Below, piece by piece: positions 46,976 through 56,261 of a DNA stretch of 64,000 nt (position 1 is the first letter of the stretch; every line of letters starts with the position of its first letter). The notes beneath the pieces were generated by a model. The model worked only from the letters and a program-made list of their open reading frames with translations, searched no databases and was not told where the DNA came from. Location: NCBI GenBank assembly GCA_965223845.1, contig CBDCXR010000004.1, positions 3,787,334 through 3,851,333 on the forward strand. The letters run 5' to 3'. The position numbers and the translations under genes were made by a program. The DNA is from Planctomycetota bacterium (lineage in GTDB: Bacteria; Planctomycetota; UBA8108; SXIK01).

Positions 46976-48526
46976 ATGCGCTTCACCCTCGCGTTCTGCG
47001 CTCTAACTCTGGTCGTCGCGTTCTCGTCCATCGCGCGAGCCGAAGACTTCGTTCGCGGTGATGGGAACGGCGACGCGGCGGTCGACATCGCCGATCCGGT
47101 TTTCGTCTTTCTCGCCCTCTTCGGCAGCGAAGGTCCTCTACCCTGCGCCGACGCGGCGGACGCCAACGACGACGGCGCTGTCGACGTCGCGGACGTCGCC
47201 TATCTCCTCAACTATCTCTTCGGCGACGGGACCGCCCCGCCGCCGCCGGGTGACGGCCCATGCGGAGGCGTCGACCCGACGCTCGACGAGCTCGCGTGTT
47301 CGGAGCCGCTCGAACCGCCGCTCGCGAGCGGACCACCGAGGCTCCGCTGGACGGCGACGTACGCGCCGGCACGGGGACTGGAGCAGCGAACTCGGCTCCC
47401 TCTTTCGACGGAAAGCGACGACACGGTCCGCGCCGACCTCGGCGTCGCGTTTTCCCTGCTTCTCGAGGCTTCGGCACATCCGGACGGCCGCGCGCCCGTC
47501 GAGATTCTGCTCGACCCTCACACTGTCGATCCGGAAGTCCTCGCCGTACGCTGCGATCGCGATCTCCTCTCGCCCGAGGGGATCGTCCCGGCCGGCACCA
47601 ATCTCGCCCCGTGGTTCTCACGCGAGACCGAGGGCTGGATCGACCCGATCTACCTCACCCAGGAGGTCGCGCTCCGGGTCGATCGCCTCACCTCGGTAGG
47701 ACCGATCGATCCGGGTCGCCACGTGTTCACAGCGGAAGCGGTCGACACCGCTTGCGCTCGTGCGTCTCCTGCTGCGATCGCGATCGAGATCGTACCGTCG
47801 CTCGCCCCGCGGATCTCCATCGCCGCGATCGACGAGACCGGAGCTCCGCACCCCCACCACGCGGGGAGCGGCAACCTTCGCGTTTCGCCCGGAGCGGACG
47901 ACATCCTCCTCGAGATCGATGCCACCCCGAACGCCGCCGTTGAGGACGCGCCCATCGACGCGGAGAGTCTACACGTCTCGTCCTCGCCGCCGGTGGACGG
48001 CGCGGCCGATCTCACGGAACGATTCGAGCGCGTCGCACCGACTCTCTGCCGATGGCGGGGCCGCGTCCCCGTGCGCGAGCTCACGCCCGGGAACACGACG
48101 ATCACGGTTTCGCTTCGGTCGGCGAATGACGCCGCGGCGAGCAGCGTCCTCTTCACGATCGAGCTCGAGGTGTCGTACGCCCGCGACGTCCAGTCGATTT
48201 GGAACGCCAACTGCTCCGGCTGCCACGAGGGGCCGAACGCGGCGCGCGGACTCGAGCTCGTCGCGCCCGGAGAAGACCCGGAGGAAATTCGGCGCTCCTT
48301 CGTCAACGTGTTCGCTGCGGGGCCGTCGATCGAATCGGTCGCGCCGGTTCACGTCCGCCCGTTCTTTCCGCGCCGGAGCTACCTCTTTCACAAGCTCGAG
48401 GGCACGCACCTCGACGAGCCCGTCCGCGGCAGCGGCGAACGCATGCCGGCGGACGGTCCGCCGTACTTGAGTGAGGCTGCCATCCACACGGTCCGGAGCT
48501 GGATCGTCCAGGGCGCCGCTCCGTAA
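46976..48526 (+). CDS. secreted protein: N-terminal dockerin-like module, central beta-rich region, C-terminal CxxCH (PSCyt1-like) heme-binding domain
   Basis: Signal peptide MRFTLAFCALTLVVAFSSIARA. Dockerin-like module. C-terminal VQSIWNANCSGCHEG..ARGLEL...SYLFHKLEG...MP...PYLSEAAIHTVRSWI resembles the planctomycete cytochrome c domain. Confidence 0.75.
   Translation: MRFTLAFCALTLVVAFSSIARAEDFVRGDGNGDAAVDIADPVFVFLALFGSEGPLPCADAADANDDGAVDVADVAYLLNYLFGDGTAPPPPGDGPCGGVDPTLDELACSEPLEPPLASGPPRLRWTATYAPARGLEQRTRLPLSTESDDTVRADLGVAFSLLLEASAHPDGRAPVEILLDPHTVDPEVLAVRCDRDLLSPEGIVPAGTNLAPWFSRETEGWIDPIYLTQEVALRVDRLTSVGPIDPGRHVFTAEAVDTACARASPAAIAIEIVPSLAPRISIAAIDETGAPHPHHAGSGNLRVSPGADDILLEIDATPNAAVEDAPIDAESLHVSSSPPVDGAADLTERFERVAPTLCRWRGRVPVRELTPGNTTITVSLRSANDAAASSVLFTIELEVSYARDVQSIWNANCSGCHEGPNAARGLELVAPGEDPEEIRRSFVNVFAAGPSIESVAPVHVRPFFPRRSYLFHKLEGTHLDEPVRGSGERMPADGPPYLSEAAIHTVRSWIVQGAAP
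47042..47320 (+). other. dockerin-like double EF-hand module, copy 2 (N-terminal, CxxCH protein)
   Basis: EDFVRGDGNGDAAVDIADPVFVFLALFG...PCADAADANDDGAVDVADVAYLLNYLFG...PPPPGDGPCGGVDPTLDELAC. Confidence 0.7.
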
Positions 48527-48711
48527 CGGTCGCTGGCGATCGCAGAGCTCGAATCCACCGGGACGCCGAGCAGAATCCGCAGTGACACGGATCTCGGGTA
48601 GGATCTGAAAGAGTAAGCGAGCAGAACTCCGCCGCGATTCGACCCGGAGAGTCCGCCTGCTCGCGGTGCGTCACGCGACTTCAACCAAGTTCATTCTCCG
48701 AGGAGTTGACC

Positions 48712-49281
48712 ATGCGCCGAAAAACGTGGCTCGGCGGTGTGCTCTCTGTGCTCGCCCTCACGCTTCTCATCTCGCCCGACGGCCGCGCTCGTTCCCAGTC
48801 GGGGGACGCGGGTGACGACGGCCCGAAGAAACCCGAGACCGCGACCGTCGACCGCGCCGCGCTCGAAGCAGAGTTCGCCAAGACGCTCGAAAACGCCGTC
48901 CTCGTCGGCAAATTTCGGCTGATCTCGAACGACGAGATCGGCGACGAGAAGCCCGAGCGCTACGAGATTCGGTCGGCGAAGAAGCTCGCGGGCGATCGCT
49001 GGATCATCACCGCTCGCGTCAAGTACGGCACGCTCGACGTCGAGTTTCCGTTCCCGGTCGACGTCGTGTGGGCCGGCGATACACCGATCATCTCTGTCAC
49101 CGACGTGCGCTTTCTCACGTACGGTCCGTACACCGCTCGCGTCATGGTCTACCGCGGACTCTACACCGGAACCTGGTTCGGTCCCGGTCACGGCGGACTC
49201 ATGAGCGGCCGCGTCGAACGCGCCGCAGCGGACGCGAAGGACGCGAAAGACGCAGAACGCGCCGAGCCGAAATCGGAGTAG
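48712..49281 (+). CDS. secreted hypothetical protein
   Basis: AGGAG lies 6 nt upstream of ATG 48712. Signal peptide MRRKTWLGGVLSVLALTLLISP. GC-rich third positions, a beta-rich core and a charged KDAKDAERAEPKSE tail. No family name recognised. Confidence 0.6.
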   Translation: MRRKTWLGGVLSVLALTLLISPDGRARSQSGDAGDDGPKKPETATVDRAALEAEFAKTLENAVLVGKFRLISNDEIGDEKPERYEIRSAKKLAGDRWIITARVKYGTLDVEFPFPVDVVWAGDTPIISVTDVRFLTYGPYTARVMVYRGLYTGTWFGPGHGGLMSGRVERAAADAKDAKDAERAEPKSE

Positions 49282-49317
49282 GCTCCTCGTCCGAACGCGA
49301 GATCACGGACCGATGAC

Positions 49318-52300
49318 TCACGCCTTCGCGAGGTAGATCACAACTTCGGTTCCAGCGCCCGTGGCGGCCTTGAGGCGGAGGTCCCCTCCGTGTCCTCGCA
49401 CCGCGCCGTATGCGATCGAGAGCCCGATCCCTGAATTGCCGTCGGACAGCTTGGTCGTGAAGAACGGCTCGAGAGCGCGCTCGCGCTCGGGCTCGTTCAT
49501 CCCGGGGCCGCTGTCTCGGATGCGCACTTCAACGTACGCTCCGTCGAGAAGCCCCCCGGGATCGTCCACGAGACGAGTGTTCGACGTGCGAACGGTCAGC
49601 GTACCCGTCGTCGCCATCGCTTCTCGCGCGTTCCGAAGGATCGCCTCGAAGGCGGCGGACAGTCGATTCCGCTGCGCGCGAACCGGCCACAGTCCGACTT
49701 GCGCGCGAAAATCGACTCGCACGCCGCCCCGGCTCGCCGTCTCGGCATCGACGAGCGACTGGAGAAGAGCGTTGAGATCGATCTCCTCTTCCGGCTCCGA
49801 CGAATCGTTCGCGCTGCCGCAGAAGAGAGCCAGCCGATCGGTGAGCTCCTGGGCCTCGGTAAGACGTTCGAGCAGACGGTCGTCGACGCTGGGAGGATGT
49901 TCCTCGGAGCCGAGAAACGCGTCCAGGTGGTCGAGGATCCCGCGCAAGTCGCGAGAGAGTCGGCGCGAGAGTCCTTGGAGACTCTCGAGACGACGATCGC
50001 GCTCGCGAAGCGCCGCGACGCGCGCCTCCCGAGTCTCTTCGACGACGACGACGACACGGGTTCGTTGCCCACCCCCGATCGTGAATCCGCGCAAACGAAA
50101 GATCCGCTCGTCGGCGTCGTTCGGGCGGAACCCCTGAATCGAAAACGGTTCTCCCGCCGCGAGCATGCGAAGAGGAGCGTCGAGGTCGCGATGCGCGAAG
50201 AAGGGGAGGAGCGTGAGGGGCCGTCCGACGACATCGTCGAGTCGCGCCGGATCGATTCCGAGGCTCTCGGCGGCATTCCCGTTGAAGTCGATGACGCGGC
50301 CGCCGGCGTCGAGGACGAAAAGCGGATGGGGATAACTCGCGAACAGCGCGCGGTACCGCGTCTGTCGCCGGCGGTGCGCGAGCGACCACCGAAGCACGAT
50401 CGCCAGCGCAGCGAGCCCGACGATCGCCGCCACGGCGAGGAGCGCGCTCGTGACCCAGTCCCGCGACGGCGCGAAGCCTGCGACGGAAAACCGGTGCACG
50501 ATCGGCTCCCGGCAACTGTTGCCGTCGCGATCGCGCACCTCGACTTCGAGGACGTGATCCCCCGCGGCCAGCGGCCCCACACGAAGCGAGCTCTCGTGCG
50601 AGAACACGGACCACGGCTCGTTGTCGACGCGAGTGCGGTAGAGAAGCTCCCCGGGCGGCGTATCACCCCGGTGATCGTTCGCTCCCCACGAAAACGTGCC
50701 GACGCCGTCCTCATCGATCTCGTTCGGCAGGTCGCGGTGCGTGAAGCGAGGCGGGCGCCGCCCCTCGAGCGGTCGGTAGCGCCACACGCCTTGTCCATGA
50801 GTTCCGATGAGGAGAGTTCCCGGCTCCGAAACCGATGGAAAGACCGGCCAAACGCCGCTCCAACGATCGCCGGCCGAGCCGACGGGGACGTCGTAGAAAC
50901 ATTCGCCGTCGAAGCGGGTAAGCCCTCGATCCGTCCCGAACCAGAGATCGTCCCCGAGAGTCCTGATCGACCACACCGCGCTCGAAATCTCGCGAAAGCT
51001 CTCGACCTCGTCGCCACGGATGCGGCTCACCCCGGTGGCGGAGTCCGGGTAGCAGACCCAGATCGATCCGTCGGAACCTTCCGCGACCGACCACGTCGCG
51101 GACGAGAGCAGCCCGTCGTCGAGATCCCACTGCTGCTCCGGGACGAATCGCGGCTCGCCGACTTCCTCGCCGGAGAGAAACCGGCCACGAAAGACGCCGC
51201 GATCGGTAGCGAGCCAGAGCTCACCCGTCCGGAGGCGAAGGAGGTCGTTGACCGCGTACCGGCCGCCCTCGAGGCTCACCGTCTCGAATTGGGATCCGGT
51301 GAGCACCGAATGACGAAAGATCGCCGAGCTCGGGCCGTCGACGTCGCGGTGCGGGAGAAACCACAGCTCGCCGCGCCAATCCTTCACAATCCGGGCGATG
51401 CGGTGATCGCGAAGGCCCGGCGCGGTGACGCGGTGCCAATTGATCCCGTCGTAGACGTGCGCACCCAAGAACGCGTTCGAAGTGATCCAGACTCGTCCTT
51501 CGCCGTCTTCGGCGAGGCCGGTGACGCGCGGAAACGGAAACGACTGAATCCGTCCGCTGCGTTCGTGGAGCACGACGGCACTGTCCATGCCGGCGAAGAC
51601 GTCCCCGCCGCTGGTTTCGATGAGACTGAGAACACTCGGATGGACTCCCTCGTGCCCGGTCTCGACGTGCGACCAGCGACGCGACTCGGGATCGAAGACG
51701 GCGATTCCTCCCGGTCCCACGCGGAACCAGACGACGCCCGAGGTGTCGACGATCTCCGCCGCGAGCGCGACCGACCCGATGCCCAGCTCCGCCGCCGTCT
51801 CCCAATCGCGACCGTCCGGCGAGACGATGACTCGGCCGTCCTCGGTCGTCGCGACGTAGATGCCGTCGTGGAGGCGGAGGATCCTCGTCACGCTTCGATC
51901 CGGCGCACTCGCCGGACGCCAAACCTCGCCGTCGAGTCGAGCGAGAATGCCCGACGCCCCGGTCTCGGTGCTCGCATCGTCGCGCGGGACGAACCATCCC
52001 CACAGCTCGGCGCTCTCTTCCCCGCCGATCGGATCGCCCGCTGCTCGCCGCGGCGACGCTTCGTGCTCGACGCGGAAAAACCGCACGCAAACCTGGTCGC
52101 CGAGCCGCGGATCGACCTCCCGGCGTTCGACCCGTTTCCACCGCTTTCGACTGAGATCGCGCGTGAAGAGATCGAACGTCGTCGCGATCCAGTGGCGGCC
52201 GTCTCCGGCGACTGCGTACGCGCGGATCTCGCCGGTCACGTTGAGAAGAGGCTGATCCTCCGGGTCGAGAGGAGAGAGAGCCTCGCGGCGAATCTTGAAG

Positions 52301-52839
52301 TGACGGCGCTCCCCGCCGTCGAGAAGAAAGAGCTCGCCGAAACGTCCGCGCGCGAGAAAGAGACTCTGGCCTCGGTACACCGGTTCGAGGACGCCCTCGC
52401 CGAGGAGACGCCAGAGCACGCCCGCGCCGAGCGCGTAGATCTCCTTGAGCGACTCGGCGATCGTCGTGATGTCCGGCGCCGGATTCCCCGCCGGGAACGG
52501 AAACACGTCCCACTGCCACAGGTCGTAGCGGCACACACCGAGATTCGTCGCGGCGTAGACCTCGTTCGTGCTCGCTTGAAGGAGAGCCGTCACCGAGTTC
52601 GAGTTGAGTCCGTCCTCGCGCGAGTAGCTGTTCCAGCGCCACGCTTCGCCGAGCGCCGCTCGCAGCCGCAGAGCGCCGGCCGTCAACTCCGTCGCCGGGG
52701 CAGCTCTCGCCGGGATCGCCGGTTCGAACTGCCCCTGCGCCGGTACTACGGAGGCGCAGATGAGAGATGCACCCACACCAACCGCGGAGACCCTACGCCG
52801 AAGGCGAGCGGCAACGCAGACAGAGCGGCGTGCGTTCAA
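49318..52839 (-). CDS. sensor kinase-like protein: periplasmic two-component-regulator propeller repeats + Y_Y_Y domain, TM, PAS, dimerisation region, HATPase_c
   Basis: TTG at 52839 (TTGA overlap with the upstream small ORF) gives the signal peptide MNARRSVCVAARLRRRVSAVGVGASLICASVVPAQG. Long propeller-type repeats follow, then a Y_Y_Y-like segment (LLYRTRVDNEPWSVF...HVLEVEVRDRDGN) and TM LLAVAAIVGLAALAIVL. ATPase boxes present: ILRNAREAM, DSGPGM, FEPFFTTK, GIGLSI. Confidence 0.85.
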   Translation of the reverse strand: MNARRSVCVAARLRRRVSAVGVGASLICASVVPAQGQFEPAIPARAAPATELTAGALRLRAALGEAWRWNSYSREDGLNSNSVTALLQASTNEVYAATNLGVCRYDLWQWDVFPFPAGNPAPDITTIAESLKEIYALGAGVLWRLLGEGVLEPVYRGQSLFLARGRFGELFLLDGGERRHFKIRREALSPLDPEDQPLLNVTGEIRAYAVAGDGRHWIATTFDLFTRDLSRKRWKRVERREVDPRLGDQVCVRFFRVEHEASPRRAAGDPIGGEESAELWGWFVPRDDASTETGASGILARLDGEVWRPASAPDRSVTRILRLHDGIYVATTEDGRVIVSPDGRDWETAAELGIGSVALAAEIVDTSGVVWFRVGPGGIAVFDPESRRWSHVETGHEGVHPSVLSLIETSGGDVFAGMDSAVVLHERSGRIQSFPFPRVTGLAEDGEGRVWITSNAFLGAHVYDGINWHRVTAPGLRDHRIARIVKDWRGELWFLPHRDVDGPSSAIFRHSVLTGSQFETVSLEGGRYAVNDLLRLRTGELWLATDRGVFRGRFLSGEEVGEPRFVPEQQWDLDDGLLSSATWSVAEGSDGSIWVCYPDSATGVSRIRGDEVESFREISSAVWSIRTLGDDLWFGTDRGLTRFDGECFYDVPVGSAGDRWSGVWPVFPSVSEPGTLLIGTHGQGVWRYRPLEGRRPPRFTHRDLPNEIDEDGVGTFSWGANDHRGDTPPGELLYRTRVDNEPWSVFSHESSLRVGPLAAGDHVLEVEVRDRDGNSCREPIVHRFSVAGFAPSRDWVTSALLAVAAIVGLAALAIVLRWSLAHRRRQTRYRALFASYPHPLFVLDAGGRVIDFNGNAAESLGIDPARLDDVVGRPLTLLPFFAHRDLDAPLRMLAAGEPFSIQGFRPNDADERIFRLRGFTIGGGQRTRVVVVVEETREARVAALRERDRRLESLQGLSRRLSRDLRGILDHLDAFLGSEEHPPSVDDRLLERLTEAQELTDRLALFCGSANDSSEPEEEIDLNALLQSLVDAETASRGGVRVDFRAQVGLWPVRAQRNRLSAAFEAILRNAREAMATTGTLTVRTSNTRLVDDPGGLLDGAYVEVRIRDSGPGMNEPERERALEPFFTTKLSDGNSGIGLSIAYGAVRGHGGDLRLKAATGAGTEVVIYLAKA

Positions 52840-53150
52840 GGGCGGGCGGGCGGCGGATCTCCTGCAGCCGCGCTCCCCTGGGCGACCGCCGCGACTCCGG
52901 AGAGGCTCTCGGCGCGCGCGACGCGGGCGATGAATACCGCGAGCCCTGCGCCGATGCTGAGAACGACACCGAGCATAAAGAGGATGCTCCAGTAGAGGCC
53001 CGCCGCCAGACTCCCCTGCGAATCGCCGCCGTCCGATCGAGCGCTGTCCTCGACGGCCTCGCCGCACATCGCACACTGGGCGGTGAGCTCCGGTGCGAAC
53101 GCTGCAAAGGAGAGGGCGACGATGACGAACATGCGCGCGGGAGTGTTCAT
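52836..53150 (-). CDS. small membrane protein with signal peptide, CAMC motif and one TM helix
   Basis: 104 codons with strongly GC-rich third positions. MNTPARMFVIVALSFAAFAPELTAQ-CAMCGE...LYWSILFMLGVVLSIGAGLAVFIA. The stop overlaps the TTG of the sensor kinase. The competing frame here is only the Arg-rich extension of the kinase ORF. Confidence 0.6.
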   Translation of the reverse strand: MNTPARMFVIVALSFAAFAPELTAQCAMCGEAVEDSARSDGGDSQGSLAAGLYWSILFMLGVVLSIGAGLAVFIARVARAESLSGVAAVAQGSAAAGDPPPARP

Positions 53151-53400
53151 GCTCTAATTCTATCCCGGACCGCGCGGGAGTTTCTACTCCGCCGCACGTT
53201 TCTCGGCGGACGCGGGCTGGGCCGGCTCGGTTTCGCGCGCGCCCCGGGCAGCGCGCCGCGATACGATGCGCTCGCGGTCGATTTCCGACCGATCATAGGC
53301 CCCACCCACTCGAAATCGACGAGCTCCCACGATGCCGTTTCTCCCTCGACGTCGACCCGACGAACGTGTGCGCAGAGATCGAACGCCGCACGCATACACG

Positions 53401-56085
53401 ATGTCTCCCTCCTCGATCGCGTTTCCACTCGTCGCCGGCGTGCTGGTCGCGAAACTCGCGTTCGGAGACCCGACCGCCCTCCCTCTGGACCGCGGCGCCG
53501 CGGGACTCGAGCGCGCGCTGAAGCAGCTCTCGACGACGGCGAGCGTTCTCCACGTCGTCGCCCACCCCGACGACGAAGACGGCCCGCTCCTCACCTACCT
53601 CGCGCGCGGGCGCGGTGTGCGTACGATGGCCCTCTCGCTCACACGCGGTGAAGGCGGCGCAAATCTCATCGCACCGTATTTCTTCGATGAGCTCGGCGTC
53701 CTTCGCACGCTCGAATACCTCGAGGCGAATCGCTACTACGGCGTCGAACAGTTCTTCACCCGCGCCGCAGACTACGGGTACTCGAAACAGCTCTCCGAAG
53801 CCCAGCGCAAGTGGAAGGGATCCGAGATCCTGCTCGAGGACATGGTTCGCGTGATCCGCCGCGAGCGCCCGGACGTCGTGATCTCGCGCTTCTGGGGCGG
53901 GCGGAGAGACGGTCACGGTCACCACACCCTCGCGGGTGTCCTCACGCCGGAGGCCTGCGCCGCCGCCGCGGATCCGGAACGCTTCCCCGATCAACTGCGC
54001 GAAGGGCTCTTTCCCTGGCGAGTGAAGAAGCTCTACCGCGGGAACATCCGCCCCGAGCGCCGCGCGGAGGACGCGGAGGCGTGGACGGTGAAGGTCGATG
54101 CGGGCGAGTACGATCCCCTCCTCGGGGCGTCGTACTACCAGATCGCGCGCCGGGGCTACGGTTTCCATCGCTCCCAGGGGATCCTCCATCACGACGGTCG
54201 CGCCGGCAGCCGCGTCAGCCACTACCAGCTCATTCCGGCCGACTCGGACGAGCGCGTCGTAGAGGAAAGCCTGTTCGACGGCCTCGATACGACCCTTCGC
54301 GGTCTCACCGAATACTGGAGTGGCGAGACTCCGGCTTGGCTCGTCGACGGACTCGATCGGACTGCGGACTGGATCGCCTCCGCCCGTTCAGAATTCCGCG
54401 CGGACGATCCGCCGCGTATCGTTCCCCCGCTCGCGAACGCGCTGCGCTCGGTGCGCTCGCTCTCGAGTCAACTCTTCGACACGAGCTCCGGCACGCCCGA
54501 AAGCCATCGCGAGATCGCACGGCACCTCGCGCGGAAGGAACACGAACTCGAGCGCGCGCTCAGCCTCGCGCTCGGAATCGATCTCGAGGCGGCCGCGGGG
54601 AGAGACTCGCTCACCGGTTCGTCGCCCTTCTCACGCTCGAGCACGTTCGCCCACGCGACCCCGGGACAGATGTTCGACGTCGGTGTACGCCTCGTGCATC
54701 GCAGCCGCGTCCCGGTCGAGTTTCTGAAGGCGACGCTGAGCCTACCTCCGGGTTGGAGCTCGATGCTTCGAGACGCGACTCCGCCCGACTCGAATCTCGC
54801 TTACAACGGCGAAGCCCGGGCGAAGTTCAGCGTCGCGGTACCTTCCGCAGCATCGCCCACCCGACCGTACTGGCGACGCGCATCGATTTCCGACGCGTTT
54901 TACGACGTCGTCGATTCGCTCGCGACGCTGCCGTTCGCCCCGCCGCCGGCGTCCTGCCGCGCGACGATTCGCGTCGCCGGCGTCGAGGTCTCGGTCGACA
55001 CTCCGGTCCGCCTCGTCCTTCGCGATCCGGGGCTCGGGACTCGCTATCCGCCGCTCGCCGTCGCGCCACCGGTCAGCGTTCGATTCGCCGAGGGCGCGGG
55101 GATCCTGCCGCGCGGCAGGACGCGCTACGAGCTCACCGTGACCGTCCGCGGCGACGTCGCGGGCGGCGCATCGGGCGACGTGCGCCTCCAGGTCCCCGCC
55201 GGCTGGTCCGTCGAACCGGCGAGTGCGCCGTTTCGATTCGATCGCGAGGGCGCCGAGTCGACGCTCCGCTTCACGCTCTCGGCGCCGACGGAGCCCGCCG
55301 GCGAACGGTACGAAATCCGCGCGATCGCACGCCACGCGGACCGTGAGTACTCCGAAGGCTACCGGACGATCGAAGCACGCGACGTCGGCCGCTACGATTA
55401 CTATCTACCCGCGATTCACCGAGTGCGCGTCGTCGACGTCAACCTCGCGAACGACCTCGCCATCGCTTACGTGACGGGTTCCGGAGACGACATTCCGCAG
55501 AGCCTCCGTTTCCTCGGAATCGCGCCGACGCTTCTCGATTCCGAGACGCTCCAGAGCGGTGACCTCGATCGCTTCGACGCGATCGTCGTCGGCGTTCGGG
55601 CCTACGCGGTCCGAGAAGACGTCCGCCGCGTCAACTCGCGCCTCCTCGGCTACGTCGAACGCGGCGGCGTCCTCGTCGTTCAGTACCAGACGCCCGAGTT
55701 CGATCGAAACTTCGGCCCGTATCCGTATTCGATGGGACGCGCCGAAGAAGTGAGCGAGGAAGACGCCGCGGTCCGCATCCTCGCCCCGGAACATCCGCTT
55801 TTCACACAGCCGAATGCGATCGCCGCCGCCGACTTCGACGACTGGGTTGAGCAGCGCGGCTCGAAGTTCTGGGCGACCTGGGATGAGCGATACACACCGC
55901 TTCTCGAATGCCACGACGAAGACCAGGAACCACAACGCGGCGGGATGCTCTACGCACGCTCCGGAAAGGGCGCATACATCTACAGCGCGTACGCATGGTA
56001 CCGCCAGCTTCCCGCGGGAGTTCCCGGTGCGTTCAGGATCTACGCCAACCTGCTGTCCCACCGGAGAACTCTCGAGTCTCGCTAG
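53401..56085 (+). CDS. PIG-L (LmbE-like) family deacetylase fused to beta-sandwich repeats and a C-terminal ThuA/GATase1-like domain
   Basis: VLHVVAHPDDEDG and HGHHTLAG (PIG-L metal site). The central region is Ig-like. The C-terminal segment DRFDAIVVGVRAYAVRED...GGVLVVQYQT resembles class-I amidotransferase-like/ThuA-like folds. Confidence 0.82.
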   Translation: MSPSSIAFPLVAGVLVAKLAFGDPTALPLDRGAAGLERALKQLSTTASVLHVVAHPDDEDGPLLTYLARGRGVRTMALSLTRGEGGANLIAPYFFDELGVLRTLEYLEANRYYGVEQFFTRAADYGYSKQLSEAQRKWKGSEILLEDMVRVIRRERPDVVISRFWGGRRDGHGHHTLAGVLTPEACAAAADPERFPDQLREGLFPWRVKKLYRGNIRPERRAEDAEAWTVKVDAGEYDPLLGASYYQIARRGYGFHRSQGILHHDGRAGSRVSHYQLIPADSDERVVEESLFDGLDTTLRGLTEYWSGETPAWLVDGLDRTADWIASARSEFRADDPPRIVPPLANALRSVRSLSSQLFDTSSGTPESHREIARHLARKEHELERALSLALGIDLEAAAGRDSLTGSSPFSRSSTFAHATPGQMFDVGVRLVHRSRVPVEFLKATLSLPPGWSSMLRDATPPDSNLAYNGEARAKFSVAVPSAASPTRPYWRRASISDAFYDVVDSLATLPFAPPPASCRATIRVAGVEVSVDTPVRLVLRDPGLGTRYPPLAVAPPVSVRFAEGAGILPRGRTRYELTVTVRGDVAGGASGDVRLQVPAGWSVEPASAPFRFDREGAESTLRFTLSAPTEPAGERYEIRAIARHADREYSEGYRTIEARDVGRYDYYLPAIHRVRVVDVNLANDLAIAYVTGSGDDIPQSLRFLGIAPTLLDSETLQSGDLDRFDAIVVGVRAYAVREDVRRVNSRLLGYVERGGVLVVQYQTPEFDRNFGPYPYSMGRAEEVSEEDAAVRILAPEHPLFTQPNAIAAADFDDWVEQRGSKFWATWDERYTPLLECHDEDQEPQRGGMLYARSGKGAYIYSAYAWYRQLPAGVPGAFRIYANLLSHRRTLESR

Positions 56086-56261
56086 CCTACTTTGGGGCCA
56101 ACGAGCCGGTCGGAGAACCGGTTCGACGACGCGGAACGAACCATCTCCGGCGGCATCGCGAGGTACGGGAAGAGTCGTCGCAGAGTCGCGAAGAGGAGAC
56201 CGCCCGAGATGGTTTCCGCTCGCGGTTTCTTGGACGGGTTCTCAGCTCGTGCGCACCGCTG

